DNA of 32,000 nucleotides from Candidatus Thorarchaeota archaeon (GTDB lineage Archaea; Asgardarchaeota; Heimdallarchaeia; Hodarchaeales; Hodarchaeaceae): NCBI GenBank assembly GCA_048882505.1, contig JBHLRO010000002.1, forward strand, positions 420,001 to 452,000, read 5' to 3'. The notes under the pieces are model-generated. The model was not told where the DNA came from and did not search any database. It saw only the letters and a list, made by a program, of their open reading frames with translations. The translations under genes were made by a program, and so were the position numbers. Below are positions 25,995 to 32,000 of this stretch, piece by piece. Position 1 is the stretch's first letter. Each line of letters starts with the position of its first letter.

Positions 25995-27032
25995 TTAGGG
26001 TGTAGAAATGTCCATTCTAGTGAAATTTTCAGGTTCGTTTGCATCACTTTCATGAACCAGGTCCCCTATATCAATAGCAGTTTCTCGTAGGTCCCGCAAG
26101 AAATTAAGGAGGTAAGTGAGTTTCCAAACATCTTCTTTGGCGAGGCGTGAGATTTCCCTTTCAATCTCTTCGTGGATTCCCGACAACTGTCTTCTAATCC
26201 TCCCTTTCAATTGTTCTGCACCTTGCCCATTTTGTTCGAAGAAACAAACCAAGCTTTGATTCAAAACATCGGTTGTTAGCTCGCTGAGACGGTTGATCTT
26301 TGATAATGTATCGGAACTTAGTGCATCTTTCATTTTGGGATAATTTTTGACAACTCGTGCGAATTCCACTGAGGCATCCCCCAGATCCTCACTGTAGCTG
26401 GCAATCATACGCCAATCCAAGCACGCGGTCGATTTCAGGTAAGACATCTCCCGTTTATCATTGACCATGATTTTTAACATCCGAACAATCAAGAAATAAA
26501 GCCTATTGACCTCAACATCCCGTTCAATGACTTCTACTGCTAAAGACACATCTCCCTCCAGAAAGGCGTTGATAGCATCGCTTTGCATCTGGTTAGCAAT
26601 CGAAAAACAGCGGTTCACGTATTCTGTAGGATTAGGGAGAGATGATGAGTCAATAAGAAAATGCAACTCGATTGATTTCTGGGTCTCACCGAGGATCTCT
26701 AATCCCACTAATTGACGGCTAAGTTCCTTTATAGATGCTTTATGGGTCAGAGGTTGTTTTATATCTGGTGATCTGACGGCAATTATATCGCTTCCCAATA
26801 AATAGGCCCCGAGAACATCACGACTAACATGATCTGATTCTATAATATTGGAAATTCGCTTTGATGGTATGGGAGATTTCTGCGGATAAATAATCAGATC
26901 CCCCGTTGATAATTCCTTGATTACTATATTGGAACCTTTGGTAAGTTGATGTCGTTCTGCCCAGTCCTTCGGGAGCGATATAATACGCGTGTCTCCAGCT
27001 CCTGTGACTTGTACTTTTCTGCTAAATTCCAT
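25995..27032 (-). CDS. phoU: Archaeal phosphate-uptake regulator (AbrB-like N-terminus + two PhoU domains)
   Basis: RKVQVTG...ISLPKDWA AbrB/SpoVT-like domain. PhoU-domain motifs VIERDVEVNRLYFLIVR and EDLGD, and a second repeat LRETAIDIGD. Confidence 0.88.
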   Translation of the reverse strand: MEFSRKVQVTGAGDTRIISLPKDWAERHQLTKGSNIVIKELSTGDLIIYPQKSPIPSKRISNIIESDHVSRDVLGAYLLGSDIIAVRSPDIKQPLTHKASIKELSRQLVGLEILGETQKSIELHFLIDSSSLPNPTEYVNRCFSIANQMQSDAINAFLEGDVSLAVEVIERDVEVNRLYFLIVRMLKIMVNDKREMSYLKSTACLDWRMIASYSEDLGDASVEFARVVKNYPKMKDALSSDTLSKINRLSELTTDVLNQSLVCFFEQNGQGAEQLKGRIRRQLSGIHEEIEREISRLAKEDVWKLTYLLNFLRDLRETAIDIGDLVHESDANEPENFTRMDISTP

Positions 27033-27064
27033 CTAGCACCCTTCTAGCACCGTTTATTGATTAA

Positions 27065-28162
27065 TTATACTTCCAGCATTTCATAACGTGGGATATTACT
27101 GGTTAGTATTCCATCGTCCGTCCTTATTACGTTATCCTCTATTCGAACACCAAATTCATTTGGTAGATAAATCCCTGGTTCTATGGTGAATACATTACCT
27201 GTGGACAGTGGAGATCGATTGGTTCCTACGATATAAGGGTGTTCATGAACTTCTAGACCAAGTCCATGACCTGTTCGATGAGTAAAATACTGGCCATATC
27301 CTCTACTGCTAATATATTCGCGGGCATGATTATCAACTTCGGAGGGTAACTTTCCTTCAGTGACCGCGTCTTTTCCGTAAGTATTGGCTTTGAAAACGAT
27401 GTCGTAAATCTCTTTGAACCGAGAAGAGGCCTCCCCAAACACCGTAGTCATCGTAATGTCCCCCCAATAATTGTTTAAGGTTCCACCCGCATCGATTAAG
27501 ACCACGTCGTCTTTTTTCAGTCGTCTTTCGCCTCCGTGATAGTGAGGAAGGGCTGAATTGTCGCCGAATTGCACGAGGCAGAATGTTTTTTCGCGAGGAC
27601 CCCAGGTTAGACGTTCGATGAGTATTTCTTGGAGCTCCGTTTCTGTTATACCTGTTTCAAGTTCTTCTAGCGTTTTCACGATTGCATCTCCGCTTCTTTG
27701 AGAAGCCTTTAAGATAGTTTTCTGCTCTGTTTCATCCTTAATTGCCCTTCCTGCATCAAATATAGGAGCTGCTGATACTATCTCGATATTTCTAGGGAGA
27801 TTTTTCACTAGAAGGGAGTAAACTGAGAACCACATTTTAGGATCTATCGCGATCTTCTGACACGTTCCGACTAAATTCGGTACCACTGTGTAGGGGTCTT
27901 GAAGTTCCTCCCAACCAATTACCTCGGAGACACCTGTTGTGCGTTTCATTCGATCTACTTCAAACGCGGGTGCCACAATTACAGGGGATCCTTCAGGTGT
28001 TAAAATGGCCAAGACAAGACGTTCGCTCGGTTCCTCAAGAATCCCGAATACCCACCTGAAATTTATTCCTAGGGGGATAAGAACACAATTTATGTTATAT
28101 TTCGGGAGGATGTCACGGATCGTGGTGATTTTACTGGACTTTGTGCTGGAATGACTAGCCAT
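27065..28162 (-). CDS. pepQ: Xaa-Pro aminopeptidase/dipeptidase (M24B, creatinase-N + pita-bread fold)
   Basis: IDAG...YWGDITMT, HRTGHGLGLEVHE, FTIEPGIY and GVRIED metal-binding motifs. Confidence 0.93.
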   Translation of the reverse strand: MASHSSTKSSKITTIRDILPKYNINCVLIPLGINFRWVFGILEEPSERLVLAILTPEGSPVIVAPAFEVDRMKRTTGVSEVIGWEELQDPYTVVPNLVGTCQKIAIDPKMWFSVYSLLVKNLPRNIEIVSAAPIFDAGRAIKDETEQKTILKASQRSGDAIVKTLEELETGITETELQEILIERLTWGPREKTFCLVQFGDNSALPHYHGGERRLKKDDVVLIDAGGTLNNYWGDITMTTVFGEASSRFKEIYDIVFKANTYGKDAVTEGKLPSEVDNHAREYISSRGYGQYFTHRTGHGLGLEVHEHPYIVGTNRSPLSTGNVFTIEPGIYLPNEFGVRIEDNVIRTDDGILTSNIPRYEMLEV

Positions 28163-28246
28163 TTTCTTTCATATAATTAAGAAAATTCTTTTATTCTTTT
28201 ATTCTTCCTTGTTGCTCGAGGATTGTTCCATACAAGATGTGACGAA

Positions 28247-30118
28247 ATGAAGCCAGTCAAACCCTTATTCTACGATGAGTTTAGACTAGCCACCTTGGAA
28301 CAACGAGAAAACACGATATTGGCATATTTGGACGAGTTTTTCGATACAGAAAGTAACTACCTCGTCTATGGAAAATTGTTCTCTCACATGGTCACCGGTA
28401 GAATGGTCGAATTCGATGAAAGTCTGCGAGAGGCGTTTCATTTCCAAAAAAACTGTGCTCAAGTATTTAAGACTTTTTATAATCGAGTTTTGGCCCAGAC
28501 AAAGAACGAGCGGGAAGCAGAAGTTAGGACAGCAAAGATCATGTGGAACTTTATCGATGAAAATCGATTTGATGAAGCCCTTCGACTTTGTCTTCCTGAA
28601 GACGATCCAAACCAACAACTCAGTCCAGAAAAACAACAAAAATTCATTCACCAGTTTGATGTCGTTCAGAACCTGATAAGAATCGTACAGGGGGATGCCT
28701 TAAAATCTGCGCCTCCACTTGCCGCCTATCTCGAGGCTGTCAATTTTGCTACCAAAGCTTTGGATAACTACCGAATGAACAAAATCAAGAGAGCGGTGGC
28801 TTTTTTTGAGCTTGCTGTGAATAAAATCATTGAATTTGACCGCGAAACAGCTGCCAAGTTTGCAGGCCTAGTAGGGGCTCTACTTGCTCAGAAATCAGGC
28901 TTGGCATCAAAGGGCTTGTATTTTCTCCATCGAACCGAACGTTTACTGCAATCGATGAATGATACAGCCAAAAAACTCCAATTTCAGGAGATGGCCTCTT
29001 CATACTGGACTCTAGGATTGTTCACGAAAACTCTGGAGAAACTAATGCAGGAATTGGAGCTTCATAAAGAGGCAAGGTCATCTATCGGGATACAACAAAC
29101 CCAGGAACATTTGAGCATCTTTTACAGGAAGTTGAACCGATATTTAGATTCACATGATTGGGCTCTTCGGGCTTTAAGGTCGACAATTCAGGCCGAGGGG
29201 AAGGAGGATCCCACCAAGGGCTTTCGTTTCTTCCAGAGTAATGTGAATTACGCTAAATCATTGATCGGTCTTAATTCCTGGGATAAGGCAGAAAAACATC
29301 TAGACTATGCAGAAAAAGCCATAAGTCAACTAGAATTCACAACAACACCACGTCACCAAGCCCAACTTGAAATTGCACATTTAAAGGGACTGATCGCAAT
29401 ATTTACAGGTGATCTGGATAGTGCACAGAGCTATTTCGCCAAAAGGCTGACTTTTCCTCGCCAATTGGACCCAATACTCCCTTTGTACTCTCAGTTTTTG
29501 CGATCTGAGGCGATGATGTATCGTAATAAACGTGACTTTCCGAAAGCTATTGAAACTCTCCAACCTTTGTTTCAGGAAAAGCATGCTGTAAATCCTCAGA
29601 ATGTAGCCCTTCTTTCGGAATTGCTGGTAATGCATTCTCACGCAAGGGAGGCACTGAGACTTCTCAAACATGCCCTAGATCTTTTGAATTCCAATTGGAC
29701 CTCCATCCATACACAGTCACAGATCTATCAAAGCATAGCTTATGTTTATCTCTTAACAGGCGAATTCGAAAAAGCATCACAATGGTATCAGAGTTCCCTT
29801 GAAATAAATACTACTGATCTATCGGATCTCCGAATATCCCTTGATTCTCACATGAATTTGGCGTACATGGCAATAGAAGGACACAATAACATCGAACTGG
29901 CAACAAGACATTGCACGACCGTTGAGGAATATGCATCGGCTTCAGGATCAATCAGCGCGATTCTTGACGCTGGATTGCTTCGTGCCTATATTCTCAAACA
30001 TCAGGGCAACGACGAAGCCACGGAACGGATGATTCAACGTGTGGCCAATGAGGCCAATGGGTTTCGGATCAGCTATATCCAAGAAAAAGCAAAATTCCTT
30101 CTAAGCCATTTAACTTAA
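28247..30118 (+). CDS. TPR-like alpha-solenoid protein
   Basis: TPR-like helix pairs such as SIAYVYLLTGEFEKASQWYQSSLEI and AMMYRNKRDFPKAIETLQ. ATG 28247 preferred over TTG 28223. Stop overlaps the rfcL stop (TTAA at 30115-30118). Confidence 0.8.
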   Translation: MKPVKPLFYDEFRLATLEQRENTILAYLDEFFDTESNYLVYGKLFSHMVTGRMVEFDESLREAFHFQKNCAQVFKTFYNRVLAQTKNEREAEVRTAKIMWNFIDENRFDEALRLCLPEDDPNQQLSPEKQQKFIHQFDVVQNLIRIVQGDALKSAPPLAAYLEAVNFATKALDNYRMNKIKRAVAFFELAVNKIIEFDRETAAKFAGLVGALLAQKSGLASKGLYFLHRTERLLQSMNDTAKKLQFQEMASSYWTLGLFTKTLEKLMQELELHKEARSSIGIQQTQEHLSIFYRKLNRYLDSHDWALRALRSTIQAEGKEDPTKGFRFFQSNVNYAKSLIGLNSWDKAEKHLDYAEKAISQLEFTTTPRHQAQLEIAHLKGLIAIFTGDLDSAQSYFAKRLTFPRQLDPILPLYSQFLRSEAMMYRNKRDFPKAIETLQPLFQEKHAVNPQNVALLSELLVMHSHAREALRLLKHALDLLNSNWTSIHTQSQIYQSIAYVYLLTGEFEKASQWYQSSLEINTTDLSDLRISLDSHMNLAYMAIEGHNNIELATRHCTTVEEYASASGSISAILDAGLLRAYILKHQGNDEATERMIQRVANEANGFRISYIQEKAKFLLSHLT

Positions 30119-31698
30119 ATTTCCGATGAGAAAAAATCAGTGAGTGATTTTTCCTTTTTCTTTGCCCTTTTCTTCTTCTTTTTACGATTTTCATGGCTTG
30201 TTGGAGGTTGTGAGTTTTCTAAGTTCTTGTCATCAGTTGATAGATGGTTATTATCGATTCTGTTTGTTTCTTGTATAGTCCCAGGTTTTTGATCCGAGAT
30301 TTTTTGCTGGCTGGTAATTTCTTGCAAGATAGTTGGATCAATCTCCCGCCTGATGACCCTTTCTACTGAAGGATAAAGTGTGCGGATGATCTTCTTTATT
30401 TCACGGTTTGTCTGTTTTTGTTTGCAGAGGTGATCAATCTCTCCATTCCATACTATTCTCATCTGGCGTTTTCCAGGCGCAATATCAAAGAATCGAAAAT
30501 CGAGCGCAAGATGCGCCGCCATTTCAGCGTTATTTTCGAAAATAACCTTTATATATGGAAGATAAATGTTCAAAGCATCTTTTTCTGAGATATTACATAC
30601 TCTAGCGACTTTTAACGCAATTTTCCTTTTTCTTCTTAATCTGGAAAGGAGGATCCAATATTGTGGCACCTGAAGACGAAAATCAGGAAATGTAGGGGAG
30701 TTCTCATGGGATGGAACGAAGTTTGCCAAATTTCGCGTGATAAAATTATAAAAATAGCTCAGTTGGTTCCAAAACCGTTGTCTTTGGGCACGTGTTAAGG
30801 CTAAATCAGCCTGTGCGAGGATGTCATAGATCTTGGCAATGGTGGTGTAGCTGTTTCGGGGCAGATAATCAATGGCGAGATCGCGGAGAATAAGCAGTAA
30901 TTTACTGTAGGTCATATCACTAAGTTGACGAGTCAATTCGTGCGCTTTATCACCGTCGCGTGCAATAAAAATGGTATCAAGAAATTCCTTGGTAGCAACC
31001 ATTTGATCTCGAAAAGAAAGCACGCTAATATCGTCTGGTGTGATCTGACTTCTTTCCGATGCGATTGTTTGAAAAGAATTGATCGATCCTCTGATGTCAT
31101 TTTGGCTTTTTTCGATAATATCTAGAAGAACTTCATCCGAGGCTTGAATCAGTTCTGTATCAGCTATTCTTCTCAATATACGTGCGATTTCTTGCGGTGA
31201 CGGGTTTTCAAATTCCCGAAGTTCACAATGTCTTAGGAGGCTCTTGAATTTCTGTGGAGATACATCATTGGCTGTTAGAATTATTGGAACACGGGTTTGT
31301 TCAATGATTTCAATAATTTCTCGGATTCCGCCTCTATCTGCAGTCCCGCTCAACCCGTCAATTTCGTCAATAAGCAAAATTTGCCCAATTTTGGCTTCCA
31401 AATCTTCCTTGAGAGATCTAGAAGAAGAAGCCTGACGGATGGCTTTCAAAGATCTTTTATTACGTTTATCACTTGCATTTACCATGACAACATCGAAATT
31501 CAATGCCGAGGCAATGGCTAGGATTGAGCTGGTCTTTCCGATGCCAGGTGGACCATGCAATAAGAGGGCCTTTTTTTCTAGCTTTTCCCGTAGGGATGGA
31601 TTACGAAAGCGATTTAAATATACCACAATAGAATTAACGCTCTTCTCATTCCCCACAATTTCAGAACGCCGTGTTGGGGCATACTTCTGAACCCACAA
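30115..31698 (-). CDS. rfcL: Replication factor C large subunit
   Basis: WVQKYAP (RFC box II), Walker A GPPGIGKTS, NASDKR, Walker B LLIDEIDG, and a basic tail ending in the PIP-type motif EKSLTDFF. TTG start after GAGG, directly downstream of rfcS. Confidence 0.95.
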   Translation of the reverse strand: MWVQKYAPTRRSEIVGNEKSVNSIVVYLNRFRNPSLREKLEKKALLLHGPPGIGKTSSILAIASALNFDVVMVNASDKRNKRSLKAIRQASSSRSLKEDLEAKIGQILLIDEIDGLSGTADRGGIREIIEIIEQTRVPIILTANDVSPQKFKSLLRHCELREFENPSPQEIARILRRIADTELIQASDEVLLDIIEKSQNDIRGSINSFQTIASERSQITPDDISVLSFRDQMVATKEFLDTIFIARDGDKAHELTRQLSDMTYSKLLLILRDLAIDYLPRNSYTTIAKIYDILAQADLALTRAQRQRFWNQLSYFYNFITRNLANFVPSHENSPTFPDFRLQVPQYWILLSRLRRKRKIALKVARVCNISEKDALNIYLPYIKVIFENNAEMAAHLALDFRFFDIAPGKRQMRIVWNGEIDHLCKQKQTNREIKKIIRTLYPSVERVIRREIDPTILQEITSQQKISDQKPGTIQETNRIDNNHLSTDDKNLENSQPPTSHENRKKKKKRAKKKEKSLTDFFSSEI

Positions 31699-31710
31699 GG
31701 GTTGATTCCT

Positions 31711-32000
31711 CTATCTGCTCTGAGCTGCTACAATGAATTTCGCTAGAAACGCATCAAACTGAACCAGAGGATTGCAACCAGCTGAGAGACGATAATCAAT
31801 TTCTGATAACATTGATAGTGCTGTAAACCGCACTGTATCCGAAAATTTCTCGTTTGGAAATCGTATTAGTTCCCTATTAAGATATCTGACAATATCCTGT
31901 CCTGAGAGTCCGTACACTTCCATTAAATCTTGAAGCAGTTTCCTTGCGGTTAGGAAGTTGGGCTGGGGTTTGATCACTTCTTGGATGATTTTTCTTACTT
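31711..32000 (-). CDS. rfcS: Replication factor C small subunit, C-terminal part (5' end outside the window)
   Basis: Frame is open to the window edge (VRKIIQEVIKPQ...). ARKLLQDLM...YGLSGQDIV...SEIDYRLSAGCNPLVQF matches the RFC small-subunit C-terminal domain, adjacent to rfcL. Confidence 0.88.
   Translation of the reverse strand, partial: VRKIIQEVIKPQPNFLTARKLLQDLMEVYGLSGQDIVRYLNRELIRFPNEKFSDTVRFTALSMLSEIDYRLSAGCNPLVQFDAFLAKFIVAAQSR

Noticed and set aside
25995-28162. PhoU regulator, NifU-C protein and Xaa-Pro peptidase as a functional cluster
   Set aside because: These are common housekeeping genes with no pst or suf/isc partners here, and nothing in their sequences is atypical.
1-32000. 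CRISPR arrays, IS/transposase or integrase genes, rRNA/tRNA genes, prophage
   Set aside because: By eye I found no regularly spaced direct repeats, transposase/integrase motifs, terminal inverted repeats or structured GC-rich RNA genes. A tRNAscan-SE/Infernal/CRISPR-finder run would be the definitive check.

Overview
This 32 kb window is densely coding archaeal chromosome with no rRNA, tRNA, CRISPR array or mobile element that I can detect. An archaeal origin is supported by the rfcS-rfcL pair, an archaeal-type AbrB-PhoU regulator, archease-RtcB and a PGF-type C-terminal sorting signal. The WD40, TPR, histidine kinase and orphan membrane/surface proteins suggest an Asgard archaeon (possibly Heimdallarchaeia); this is an inference I cannot confirm. 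Recognisable genes: Trx-type arsenate reductase, double-propeller WD40 protein, HAD-fold protein, dCMP-deaminase family protein, NAD+-dependent DNA ligase, thioredoxin reductase, class IIb Asp/Asn-tRNA synthetase, Pol-beta-like nucleotidyltransferase, MBL hydrolase, RtcB plus archease, sensor histidine kinase, NifU-C protein, PhoU regulator, Xaa-Pro peptidase, TPR-like protein, and RFC large and (partial) small subunits. Best leads: (1) a bacterial-type LigA carrying a PIP-box-like motif (RLTNFF) in a lengthened pre-BRCT linker; (2) two distantly paralogous surface proteins flanking a membrane-anchored wHTH regulator, with a candidate operator and a strong terminator; (3) a tRNA synthetase mixing AsnRS-like scaffold motifs with AspRS-like substrate residues; (4) a possible NTase-HEPN/MBL/RtcB RNA-end repair neighbourhood; (5) a 753-aa membrane protein with ~90-aa helical repeats; (6) a HAD protein with an Asp-to-Asn nucleophile change; (7) a histone-H1-like basic protein. 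All family and motif comparisons are from memory; no searches were run.
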